Source: Candidatus Aldehydirespiratoraceae bacterium (GTDB lineage Bacteria; Actinomycetota; Acidimicrobiia; Acidimicrobiales; Aldehydirespiratoraceae). From it: a stretch of DNA of 64,000 bases. This document shows positions 29,534 to 38,484 of the stretch, piece by piece; position 1 is the first letter of the stretch, and each line of letters starts with the position of its first letter. The notes under the pieces were generated by a model that had not been told where the DNA came from, ran no database searches, and saw only the letters and a list, made by a program, of their open reading frames with translations. The stretch is taken from the NCBI GenBank assembly GCA_965204595.1, contig CBDBEW010000014.1:1957207-2021206 (forward strand). The letters run 5' to 3'. Both the position numbers and the translations under genes were made by a program.

Positions 29534-29947
29534 TCAGGTCGCCACGACATCGACCAGGCCCTCGAGTGCTTCGAAATCGTCGGGATTGCGGGTGTAGAGA
29601 GGGAGTTGTGCGGCGAGGGCGGTCGCCGCGATGAGCAGGTCGACGGCGCGGGCTCCGCGAGGTTTGCGTCCTGCGCCGGCGACAGCGGCGAAGACGCGGC
29701 CGTAGGCGCGGGCTGTGTCGGCGTCGAAGGGGAGAGGGTCGAAGGTGGCTTCGGTCCGTTAGAGCCGGTCTTGGCGGCGGCTGCGTTCGGCGGGGTCGTT
29801 GGTGGCGTTTGGGCCGGCGGCGAGTTCGGCGAGGGTGATCGAACTGATGGCGACCTCGATCGGAAGGAGGTTTGCCGGGATGGCTTAGAGGTCGATGACG
29901 ACCGAGGTGTCCAGCAGGCCGCGCGCGGGGCGCTCGTTGTCAGGCAC
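29534..29947 (-). pseudogene. vapC: VapC PIN-domain toxin with two in-frame TAA codons
   Basis: GTG 29947: 'VPDNERPARGLLDTSVVIDL*AIPANLL...RRQDRL*RTEATFDPLPFDADTARAYGRV...DLLIAATALAAQLPLYTRNPDDF'. TAA at 29887-29885 and 29761-29759; a single frame throughout. Confidence 0.75.
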
Positions 29948-30194
29948 GAGGTGTGATAGTTTGCTCGGCGAAGTCGTCGAGGTCGCCGCGGAGACGGTCG
30001 TCGTCGACCGCGGGGGCGGTCCGGAACAACTCGACGGCAGCCTCGGCGCGGACGAAGCGTCGCCGGCGCAGAGGGGTGAGTTCGCCGACCGGTTCACCGT
30101 TGCGGGTCACGATGAAGGTCTCACCCTCGCCAAGGGCGCGCATGATGCACCCGCTGTCGTTCCGAAGCTCTCGCTGGTTGATCTCACTGCTCAT
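29940..30194 (-). CDS. Phd/YefM-family antitoxin
   Basis: 84 aa; 'INQRELRNDSGCIMRALGEGETFIVTRNGEPVGELTPL'. 8-nt overlap with vapC. Confidence 0.75.
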   Translation of the reverse strand: MSSEINQRELRNDSGCIMRALGEGETFIVTRNGEPVGELTPLRRRRFVRAEAAVELFRTAPAVDDDRLRGDLDDFAEQTITPRA

Positions 30195-30635
30195 GGTCGG
30201 CAGTGTAGCACGGCGTGCTACGGAACTGGCAGGCGGTCCGACTGCATCGGCGTCAGCTCACACTCAGAAGCCCAACCCAACCGCTCCGATGGCGGGGGGT
30301 TAAGGGGCTGTTCGCGACCGCTGGACCGCCGGCGCGACGCCCAACCGCCGTCAGGACCGGACAGTGCCCCCCACAGCCGTCGCGCCCGATGCCGGCTTCC
30401 AGAACGCGCCCGACACCGACCCGGCCCTGGCGGTGAACCGGCAATGGTTGAGCGAGGCACTGGCGGCATCTGACATCGAGCCTCGGGCACCCTTGGTCGA
30501 TGCCGTCAGCGAGATCGACGCGGCCCTCGAATCCGTGCGAGGCACCCTGTCACACCAGGTTCGCAGGTGATGGAGGCCGGGTGAGGTGGCACTGCAATCA
30601 GCCCCACCGACGGCGGCCGGACCCTCCAACCACCA

Positions 30636-31427
30636 TCAGGGGTTCAGGTGCGAGGTCCGCTTGCCCGCAGCGGATCCGAGGTCGTTCGAGATCTGATTCG
30701 CAAGGCGCCGGACGGTTCGGGCGGCGTCGATCAGTGAGCCCTCGAATCGGAACTTCGGGGCAGTGATGCCGAGCGCAGCCACCGCCACGCCAGAAGGGCC
30801 GCGAATCGGTGCGGAGCAGCCGACGACGCCCTCCTCGAACTCGTCGATGACAATCGAGTAGCCGGCCTCTCGGGCACGGGCGACTTCTGCCGCGAACTTC
30901 GTAGGGGTCGTGCATCGCAGCCCGGGAGCTTCGGCGATGCGTACGGGGGTGAGCCACGCGGCGGCGAGTTCGGGCGGTTCGGTCGCGAGGATCGCCCGAC
31001 AGGTCGAGCTGCCGGCGGCCGGGCCGGCCGCTCCGACGCGGGCATACGGTGCGAGCGCATGCCGCGATGCCTCTGAGGCGATGATGATCGTCTCGTCCGC
31101 GCGGAGCACGACGACCTCAGCCGTCTCGCCGTAGGCCGAGGCGAGCTGTCGGAGGTAGGGGCGGCTCGCCGCAGCGACATGCGATTCGAGGCTCTGCGCT
31201 GCGATGGTGTGTATGCGCCACCCGATCACGTAGCCCCGCGACGTGGCGTCGCGATCCAGAATGCCCGCATCGGCCAAGGTCGAGAGAGCCCGTGAGATCT
31301 GGCTCTTGTCTCGTCCGGTCTGTGCGGCCAAGTTGCTGACCGAGCTCGGTGCGCCGTCGGCAGCGACGATGTGGTCGAGGAGTTCGAGGTCTCGGCTCAG
31401 TCCAGCTGCGTTCTTCCGGGCTGCCAT
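30636..31427 (-). CDS. IclR-family transcriptional regulator
   Basis: 263 aa from ATG 31427: wHTH 'SVSNLAAQTGRDKSQISRALSTLADAGIL' plus an IclR effector domain. Divergent from the oxidoreductase operon. Confidence 0.8.
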   Translation of the reverse strand: MAARKNAAGLSRDLELLDHIVAADGAPSSVSNLAAQTGRDKSQISRALSTLADAGILDRDATSRGYVIGWRIHTIAAQSLESHVAAASRPYLRQLASAYGETAEVVVLRADETIIIASEASRHALAPYARVGAAGPAAGSSTCRAILATEPPELAAAWLTPVRIAEAPGLRCTTPTKFAAEVARAREAGYSIVIDEFEEGVVGCSAPIRGPSGVAVAALGITAPKFRFEGSLIDAARTVRRLANQISNDLGSAAGKRTSHLNP

Positions 31428-31553
31428 ATGCGCACATCCTAGAAAGCTGTTGCCATATATACAACTCTTCTTGTGTTTTGCTGAGGGGCCGGCTACGATG
31501 CCCTCAGAGTGGCTACGGACTTCTAGCCCGCGAGAAAGGTTGAGGAACTCAGG

Positions 31554-34082
31554 ATGCGAGACCACCCACGAGTCGTGGTCGTCGGCGGAGGCGTCGTCGG
31601 CGCCAGTGTGCTCTACCACCTGACCAAGAATGGCTGGACCGACGTTGTCCTACTCGAACGAACCGAACTCACCGCCGGTTCGACCTGGCACTCGGCCGGT
31701 GGCATGCACACCCTCAACGGCGACCCCAACGTCGCCAAGCTCCAGCAGTACACGATCGAGCTGTACAAGGAGATCGAGGCACTGTCCGGGCGGGACTGCG
31801 GGATTCACCTGACCGGCGGACTGATGCTCGCCGACAGCGAGGAGCGCATGGACTGGCTTCGGATGGCCCACGCTCGCGGCCGCTACCTCGGGATGGACAC
31901 CGAGCTCATCAGCGTTGCCGAGGCAAAGAAGCTCATGCCGCTGCTCGAGGAGGAGTACTTCGTGGGCGCGATGTACGACGCCCACGAGGGTCACGTCGAC
32001 CCCTCCGGCGTGACCCACGCCTACGCCCAATGCGCCCGAGACAACGGTGCTGCCATTTACCGCAACAGTTGGGTCCGCTCGCTGGCCCGTACAGCCGAGG
32101 GATGGGACGTCGAGGTCATCGAGACATCCAGCGGCGAGGTGAAGGGAACCATCAGCTGCGAACACGTCGTCAACGCCGGTGGACTCTGGGCACGCGAGGT
32201 CGGCCGGATGGCCGGTGTCGAACTGCCAGTTCTGGCCATGGAGCACATGTATCTCCTGACCGAGGACATCCCGGCGATCGCCGACTACAACACCGAACAC
32301 GGTGAGGTCCTGCACTGCATCGACTTCGGCGGTGAGATCTACATGCGTCAGGAGGGCGGCGGGCTCCTGCTCGGGACCTACGAGCAGGGCGGTAAGCCGT
32401 GGTCGGTGGAGGAGACCCCGTGGGATTTCGGCATGCGGCTCCTAAGCCCCGACCTCGACCGCATCGCGGAGTCTCTCGACGTGGGCTTCCGGCATTTCCC
32501 TGTGTTCGAAGAAGCGGGCATCAAGCAGGTCATCAACGGCCCGTTCACCTTCGCTCCCGACGGCAACCCATTGCTCGGTCCGATCCGCGGCCTTCCCGGT
32601 TTCTGGAGTGCCTGCGCGGTCATGGCCGGACTCAGCCAGGGCGGCGGGGTCGGTTTGTCGCTCGCCAACTGGATGACCGACGGCGACCCCGGCTTCGACG
32701 TCTGGGGGATGGACGTCGCCCGCTACGGCGACTTCGCGACCCGCCGATACACGAGCGAGAAGGTGCAGGAGAACTACAGCCGTCGGTTCCGCATCCAGTT
32801 CCCCAACGAGGTGCTCCCCGCCGCTCGGCCGCTCGAGACCTCGCCGATCTACGACCGTCTCGTCGCCGAGAACGCGGTCTGGGGCGACGGGTACGGGCTC
32901 GAAAGCGCTCTGTGGTTCCAGAAGCCCGGCCTCGAGCCGGTCGAGGAGGTCACGTTCGGCCGTTCCAATGCCTGGGATTCGGTGCGCGAAGAGGCCCTAG
33001 CCGTTCGCAATGGCGTCGGGGTGATGGAGACGACCGGCTTCGCCAAGTTCGTCTTCACCGGCGCGGATGCGCGGAGCTGTCTCGACTCGATCATCACCAA
33101 CCGGCTTCCGGGACCTGGCCGGATGGTGCTGGCGCCGATGGTGAACCACAACGGCAAGCTCATCGGCGACCTCACCGTCGCATGTCTCGGCCCGACCCCC
33201 GGCGAACTCGCCGGCCCGCGCACCACAACGACTGGCGGCGCGACCCAGAACACGGGGCACCAGGAACGCTTCGTCGTCTTCGGGTCGGGCGTGGCCACGC
33301 GCTTCTACGAGCGCTGGTTCGATCAGACGATCCCGTCGGAGGCTGATGTCACCTATACAACGTTGGGCTGGGACCTCTGTGGTCTCGCCATCGCCGGCCC
33401 GCGATCGCGGACCCTGCTCGAACGGCTCACCACCACCGACGTGTCCGGTGAGGCGTTCCGATTCATGGACTTCCGTCAGCTCGACCTCGGCCCGATCCCC
33501 GTGTGGTGCGGACGGGTATCGTTCTCCGGAGACCTCGGCTACGAGTTCTGGATGTCGTCGAGCCGCCAGCGAGCGGCCCTCGACCTCCTCCAACGTGAAG
33601 GGAGCGACCTCGGACTTCGCCTGTTCGGCCTGCACGCGCTCGACTCCCTTCGCCTCGACAAGGGATTCGGCACGTGGGGTCGCGAGTACCGGCCCATCTA
33701 CGACCCGTTCGAGGCCGGCCTCGAGCGATTCGTCAAGCTCGACAAGGGCGAGTTCATCGGCCGCGACGCGCTAGCCGAAGCCCACGAGGCGGACCCCGAA
33801 CGACGGCTGCTCACCTGGTCTGTCGACACCGAAGGCGGCCGCGACGGCGCCGACGTCATCGGCGACGAACCCGTCTGGTACGACGGCGTGGTCGTCGGCT
33901 GGGTCACCTCGGGCGGCTACTCGCACCACATGGACACCTCGGTGGCCATGGGCTACGCGCCTGCCCGCCTGGCAGATGCGCCTGGGCAGTTCGAGATCGA
34001 GATTCTCGGCGTCCGGAGGGCCGCGACCCTCGTCGACGGCTGTCTCTGGGACCCCGAGGGGCAACGAATGAGGAAGGGGTAA
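31554..34082 (+). CDS. FAD-dependent dehydrogenase fused to a GcvT-like folate-binding domain (dimethylglycine/sarcosine dehydrogenase family)
   Basis: 842 aa; 'VVVVGGGVVGASVLYHL' dinucleotide fold, and a C-terminal aminomethyltransferase-like region ('GYEFWMSS...LDSLRLDKGF'). Confidence 0.8.
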   Translation: MRDHPRVVVVGGGVVGASVLYHLTKNGWTDVVLLERTELTAGSTWHSAGGMHTLNGDPNVAKLQQYTIELYKEIEALSGRDCGIHLTGGLMLADSEERMDWLRMAHARGRYLGMDTELISVAEAKKLMPLLEEEYFVGAMYDAHEGHVDPSGVTHAYAQCARDNGAAIYRNSWVRSLARTAEGWDVEVIETSSGEVKGTISCEHVVNAGGLWAREVGRMAGVELPVLAMEHMYLLTEDIPAIADYNTEHGEVLHCIDFGGEIYMRQEGGGLLLGTYEQGGKPWSVEETPWDFGMRLLSPDLDRIAESLDVGFRHFPVFEEAGIKQVINGPFTFAPDGNPLLGPIRGLPGFWSACAVMAGLSQGGGVGLSLANWMTDGDPGFDVWGMDVARYGDFATRRYTSEKVQENYSRRFRIQFPNEVLPAARPLETSPIYDRLVAENAVWGDGYGLESALWFQKPGLEPVEEVTFGRSNAWDSVREEALAVRNGVGVMETTGFAKFVFTGADARSCLDSIITNRLPGPGRMVLAPMVNHNGKLIGDLTVACLGPTPGELAGPRTTTTGGATQNTGHQERFVVFGSGVATRFYERWFDQTIPSEADVTYTTLGWDLCGLAIAGPRSRTLLERLTTTDVSGEAFRFMDFRQLDLGPIPVWCGRVSFSGDLGYEFWMSSSRQRAALDLLQREGSDLGLRLFGLHALDSLRLDKGFGTWGREYRPIYDPFEAGLERFVKLDKGEFIGRDALAEAHEADPERRLLTWSVDTEGGRDGADVIGDEPVWYDGVVVGWVTSGGYSHHMDTSVAMGYAPARLADAPGQFEIEILGVRRAATLVDGCLWDPEGQRMRKG

Positions 34083-34088
34083 CCACCC

Positions 34089-35411
34089 ATGACCAACGAG
34101 AACAGCTACGACGCCATCATCATTGGTGCGGGCGTCATCGGCGCCGCCATCGGCTACGAACTCGCCAAGGCCGGCCGCCGGACGCTCAACATCGACAAGC
34201 TCCCGGCCGCCGGATACGGATCGACGAGCAGCACGTGCGCCATCATCCGCTTCAGCTACAGCACCTACGACGGGGTGGCCATGGCGTGGGAGGGGCAGCA
34301 CTACTGGGTTGATTGGCGCGACTACCTCGGTGGCGACGTCGACGAGCGTGGACTGATCGACTTCGTTCAGTGCGGCACCGCCCTGCTCAAGAAGTCCGGC
34401 GGGCACTCGCACCACGAGAAGGTCGTGCCGCTGCTCACCGAGCTCGACATTCCGTTCGAAGACTGGGACCTCGACACGCTTCTCGACCGCCTCCCGGCCC
34501 TGAACGGATCCGTGTTCGGCCCACCGAAGCGTCCCGACGACGACGAGTTCTGGGCCGAGCCGACCGAACAGCTGCTAGGCGCCGTGTGGACCCCTGACGC
34601 CGGATACATCTCGGACCCTCAACTCTCGACGCACAACCTCCAGCGCGCCTGCGAGAGCGTCGGCGGCGAGTTCGTCTTCAACACCGAGGTCACTGCGATC
34701 AAAGCGACCGACAATCGCGTCACCGGCGTCACGCTGTCGACCGGCGAGACGATTTCGGCTCCCGTCGTCGTGAATGTCGCCGGTCCCCACAGCTTCGTCG
34801 TGAACCGCATGGCCGGCCTCGAAGGCACCATGAACATCTCCACCAAGGCGCTCCGCCACGAGGTGCACCACGTGGCCTCACCCGAAGGCGTCAACTACGG
34901 CTCGACCGGCTGTCACGTACAGGACGGCGACACCGGCATCTATTTCCGTCCCGAATCCGGCGACAACATTCTCATCGGCTCCGAAGACCCCGACTGCGAC
35001 CCGCAGGAATGGATCGAGGATCCCGACAACTACGACACCGAGGTGTCCCACGCGCAATGGGAGGCCCAGGTCCTCCGGCTCGCCCGGCGCATGCCCGACC
35101 TCGGAGTGCCCAGTGTCAAGCGCGGCGTCGTCGACCTCTACGACGTCGCCGACGACTGGATTCCGATCTACGACAGGACCGATCTGGGCGGGTTCTACGC
35201 AGCGATCGGTACGTCGGGCAACCAGTACAAGAACGCCGGCGTCGCGGCCGCGGCCATGGCAGAGCTCATCGATGCGGTCGAGAGCGGCCACGATCACGAT
35301 GCCGAGCCCGTGGTCCACGTCGGTCGCTACACCGGACTGGAGATCGACATGTCGAGCTTCAGCCGGAATCGTGCGATCAACCCCGACAGCAGCTTCTCGG
35401 TGAACGGCTAG
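34089..35411 (+). CDS. FAD-dependent oxidoreductase (DAO / sarcosine-oxidase-beta-like)
   Basis: 440 aa; 'YDAIIIGAGVIGAAIGYELAKAG'. Confidence 0.7.
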   Translation: MTNENSYDAIIIGAGVIGAAIGYELAKAGRRTLNIDKLPAAGYGSTSSTCAIIRFSYSTYDGVAMAWEGQHYWVDWRDYLGGDVDERGLIDFVQCGTALLKKSGGHSHHEKVVPLLTELDIPFEDWDLDTLLDRLPALNGSVFGPPKRPDDDEFWAEPTEQLLGAVWTPDAGYISDPQLSTHNLQRACESVGGEFVFNTEVTAIKATDNRVTGVTLSTGETISAPVVVNVAGPHSFVVNRMAGLEGTMNISTKALRHEVHHVASPEGVNYGSTGCHVQDGDTGIYFRPESGDNILIGSEDPDCDPQEWIEDPDNYDTEVSHAQWEAQVLRLARRMPDLGVPSVKRGVVDLYDVADDWIPIYDRTDLGGFYAAIGTSGNQYKNAGVAAAAMAELIDAVESGHDHDAEPVVHVGRYTGLEIDMSSFSRNRAINPDSSFSVNG

Positions 35412-35426
35412 CAGGTCCGGCAAGCA

Positions 35427-36635
35427 ATGCGCCGAACCGATTTCTACGAACAACTCGAGGGAACGCTCGACGGCATCCGAACCGACGGCCTCTGGAAACA
35501 TGAACATGAACTGGTTTCTCCACAATCGGGAGAGATCACGCTGGGTGAGACGGGAACCCGCATCAATCTCTGTGCGAACAACTACCTCGGCCTGGCCGAC
35601 GATCCGAGTGTCATAGCGGCAGCCAAGGACACGATGGACCGCCTCGGTCACGGCATGGCGTCCGTGCGCTTCATCTGTGGCACGACAACAGAACACTGTC
35701 TTTTAGAGGACGACATCGCGACCTACCTCGGAACCGACGCCGCCATCACCTTCGCCGCGTGCTTCGACGCCAACGCTGCGGTATTCGAGCCGCTGCTCGG
35801 CGCCGCCGACGCCATCGTCAGCGATTCGCTGAACCACGCGTCGATCATCGACGGTGTCCGACTGTCGAAGGCGAGGCGGTACCGCTTCGCCACTCGGGAC
35901 ATGACCGATCTGCGCACCCAACTCGAAGCGGCCCGGGCCGAGGGCGACGGGGCGGTCCTGATCGTGACCGACGGGGTGTTCTCGATGGACGGCCACCTCG
36001 CCGATCTCGCCGCCATCTGTGAGCTCGCAGATGCGTTCGACGCGCTGGTGATGGTCGACGATTGTCACGCCACCGGACTCATCGGACCGGGTGGTCGTGG
36101 AACACCGACCCACTTCGAGGTCGCAGATCGCGTCGACATCGTCACGAGCACCCTCGGCAAGGCCCTCGGCGGTGCGATGGGCGGCTTCGTCGCAGCTCGT
36201 CGGCCCATCGTCGATCTGCTCCGCCAACGGGGCCGCCCGTATCTCTTCTCGAACGCACTGTCACCAGCACACGTCGGAGGTGCACGCGAGGCGATACGAA
36301 TTGCCGCCACCAGCGACGACCGCCGCGAACGCCTGATGCGCCACGCGCAACGATTCCGTTCGGCCATGACCGCAGCAGGGTTCGAGCTGACCGGAGCCGG
36401 CCACCCGATCGTTCCGGTCATGTTCGGCGATGCGACGGAGGCCGTGTCGATGGCAGAACGCGTGATGGAGTTGGGCGTCTACGTGACCCCATTCTCGTTT
36501 CCGGTCGTTCCCCACGGTCAGGCCCGCATTCGCACCCAGATGAGCGCCGCCCTTACCGATGATCACCTCGATACGGCGATCGAGGCGTTCACACGGGCCG
36601 CAGACGACCTCGGCATCGAGCGGAGCCCGCGGTGA
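35427..36635 (+). CDS. kbl: Glycine C-acetyltransferase (2-amino-3-ketobutyrate CoA ligase)
   Basis: 402 aa class-II aminotransferase; 'NNYLGLADDP', 'DDCHATG', 'STLGKALGG' (PLP lysine). Overlaps tdh. Confidence 0.85.
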   Translation: MRRTDFYEQLEGTLDGIRTDGLWKHEHELVSPQSGEITLGETGTRINLCANNYLGLADDPSVIAAAKDTMDRLGHGMASVRFICGTTTEHCLLEDDIATYLGTDAAITFAACFDANAAVFEPLLGAADAIVSDSLNHASIIDGVRLSKARRYRFATRDMTDLRTQLEAARAEGDGAVLIVTDGVFSMDGHLADLAAICELADAFDALVMVDDCHATGLIGPGGRGTPTHFEVADRVDIVTSTLGKALGGAMGGFVAARRPIVDLLRQRGRPYLFSNALSPAHVGGAREAIRIAATSDDRRERLMRHAQRFRSAMTAAGFELTGAGHPIVPVMFGDATEAVSMAERVMELGVYVTPFSFPVVPHGQARIRTQMSAALTDDHLDTAIEAFTRAADDLGIERSPR

Positions 36636-37660
36636 GAGCACTGATCAAGTCGGGCCCGGGACCAGGTCTCGAACTCGTCGAGTGGCCGGCCCCGGCGGTC
36701 GGACCGAACGACGCCGCGATCGCTGTCAGACGAGCGGCGATCTGTGGCACCGACCTCCACATCTTCGATTGGGACGACTGGGCCGCAAGCGAAGTCGTGA
36801 CACCGGTGACGGTGGGCCACGAGTTCTTCGGCGTCGTCGAAGCCGTCGGCGACCAGGTGAGTGGTATCGAGATCGGCGAGCGGGTCGCTGGTGAGGGGCA
36901 TCTGACGTGCGGAACCTGCCGCAACTGCCGCGCAGGGAGGCAGCATCTGTGCCGAAACACCATCGGCGTGGGCATCCACCGCGACGGCGGATTCGCCGAC
37001 CTGGTCGCGATCCCGGCGTCGAACGTCTACCGCGTACCTGATGAGATCGAGGACAACGCCGCGGCGATTCTCGACCCGCTCGGCAATGCCGTGCACACCG
37101 CCCTCTCGTTCGACCTCGTCGGCGAGGACGCGCTGATCACCGGCGCTGGACCCATCGGTCAGCTGGCGGCCGGCGTGGCCCGCCTCGCCGGCGCCCGCCA
37201 TGTGGTCGTCACCGACACCGTCGAGGACCGGCGCAACAATGCTCTGCGAATGGGCGCGTCGCTCGCCGTTGAACCGGGGGTCGAATCGCTCGAGTCGGCC
37301 ATGGCTGAGCTCGGGATGCGCGAAGGATTCGACGTCGGTCTCGAAATGTCCGGCCACGGTGCTGCACTCGACGACTTGATTTCGGTCATGAACCACGGTG
37401 GGCGCATCGCACTGCTCGGACTCTACGGCCGACGGCCCGACATCGACATGAACGCGCTCATCTTGAAGGGTCTGACGGTGAAGGGAATCTACGGCCGAGA
37501 GATGTTCGAGACCTGGTACAAGGCAACCGCTCTGCTCACTGCGGGTCTCGACGTCTCGCCGGTCGTCTCCCACGTGCTGCCGCTGGAGGACTTCGACGAA
37601 GCTTTCGATCTCGTCCGCACCGGCCGAGCGAGCAAGGTGGTCTTCGACCTCGGGGCCTGA
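36632..37660 (+). CDS. tdh: L-threonine 3-dehydrogenase
   Basis: 342 aa Zn-ADH; 'AICGTDLHIF', 'GHEFFGVV', 'CGTCRNCRAG'. The kbl-tdh pairing supports the call. Confidence 0.85.
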   Translation: MRALIKSGPGPGLELVEWPAPAVGPNDAAIAVRRAAICGTDLHIFDWDDWAASEVVTPVTVGHEFFGVVEAVGDQVSGIEIGERVAGEGHLTCGTCRNCRAGRQHLCRNTIGVGIHRDGGFADLVAIPASNVYRVPDEIEDNAAAILDPLGNAVHTALSFDLVGEDALITGAGPIGQLAAGVARLAGARHVVVTDTVEDRRNNALRMGASLAVEPGVESLESAMAELGMREGFDVGLEMSGHGAALDDLISVMNHGGRIALLGLYGRRPDIDMNALILKGLTVKGIYGREMFETWYKATALLTAGLDVSPVVSHVLPLEDFDEAFDLVRTGRASKVVFDLGA

Positions 37661-37689
37661 GCGGGCCAAAGAGACGCATGAGCGGAAAG

Positions 37690-38141
37690 ATCCTCAACTC
37701 CATGGAGGCGCTCGCACCAGAAGTAGTGGACGCAGGCTCGGAGTTGCATCGTCTGATCCTCGGCCGAAAGTCCACGGTCTCGTGTTGCTGGATCGTTTTC
37801 CGCAGGAATCTAACGGTGCTCAGCTTTGCTTTGCACCACTTCTGCGGGACTCCCTCGCATTCACACACGAATACTCACTGAATTCACTCCACCGTCAATC
37901 GTGAAGGGCCGTTTTCCTGACCGGCATGGAGGACGGTGTCCTCCCGCACATCCGGACCTTGGGCGAACCGCGGGAATTCGAGGAGGAGCGGCGGCTGGCG
38001 TATGTCGGGGTCACCAGAGCCATGCAGTCGCTTCATCTGACGTGGGTCAAGAGCCGCATGCTCAACGGCACGACCCAGTACAATCCGCCCAGCCGGTTAT
38101 TACATGCTGTTTGGCAATTGGAACCGATTGACGAGTGGTGA
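37690..38141 (+). pseudogene. 3' remnant of a PcrA/UvrD-type helicase
   Basis: '...[56 protein letters not shown]...PSRLL' is the motif V/VI region with an in-frame TGA. Upstream sequence is degenerate; the 5' extent is uncertain. Confidence 0.55.
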
Positions 38142-38170
38142 TGTATCGCAATATGTCATATATTATAGAC

Positions 38171-38484
38171 GTGACGCAGGCGGTCTCGGTTCGCCTTGGT
38201 GATGAAGCTACAAAGGCGCTGGGCATCCTTGAGGCATCCAGGCTGAGTCGCTCCGAGGCTATCCATTCCTCACTGGTCGAGGGCGGCGAGGCGGAGGCTC
38301 GGTCGCGCCGCTCTAGCCGCTGAAGCGGCGAAGCTGGAAGCCGACGAGGCGGATCGATCCGAGATGCTCGCTGTCGCAGAGCTGATGGAGTCGATGCGTG
38401 CTCCATGGTGATGTCTACCAGTTCAAGCTTCCGATCCGATCTCTATGCCGCGCAACGCCACACCGCTTATGCTTGGTATGGTGA
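38171..38484 (+). pseudogene. mazEF-like remnant: frameshifted RHH antitoxin plus a 28-codon toxin stub
   Basis: 'VSVRLGDEATKALGILEA...AIHSSLVE' then, after an extra G near 38281-38283, 'AARRRLGRAALAAEAAKLEADEADRSEMLAVAELMESMRAPW*'. GTG 38398 gives 'MLHGDVYQFKLP...', which ends after 28 codons. Confidence 0.5.

Noticed and set aside
17920-29887. In-frame TAG/TAA codons read as programmed recoding or an alternative genetic code.
   Set aside because: The same codons terminate all the well-supported genes in the window, including intact high-GC genes. The affected genes also carry frameshifts. Ordinary nonsense mutation is the simpler reading.
36563-37669. 368-aa minus-strand ORF antisense to tdh. 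Similar long antisense or off-frame ORFs occur across the high-GC blocks: 31650-32315, 32399-33346, 33771-34415, 34878-35696, 42582-43442, 43995-44879, 47297-48475, 50461-51087 and 56774-57607.
   Set aside because: Each lies wholly inside a gene with strong family motifs on the other strand or frame. Their translations are low-complexity and rich in R, A, G and P, as expected from stop-codon depletion in GC-rich DNA.
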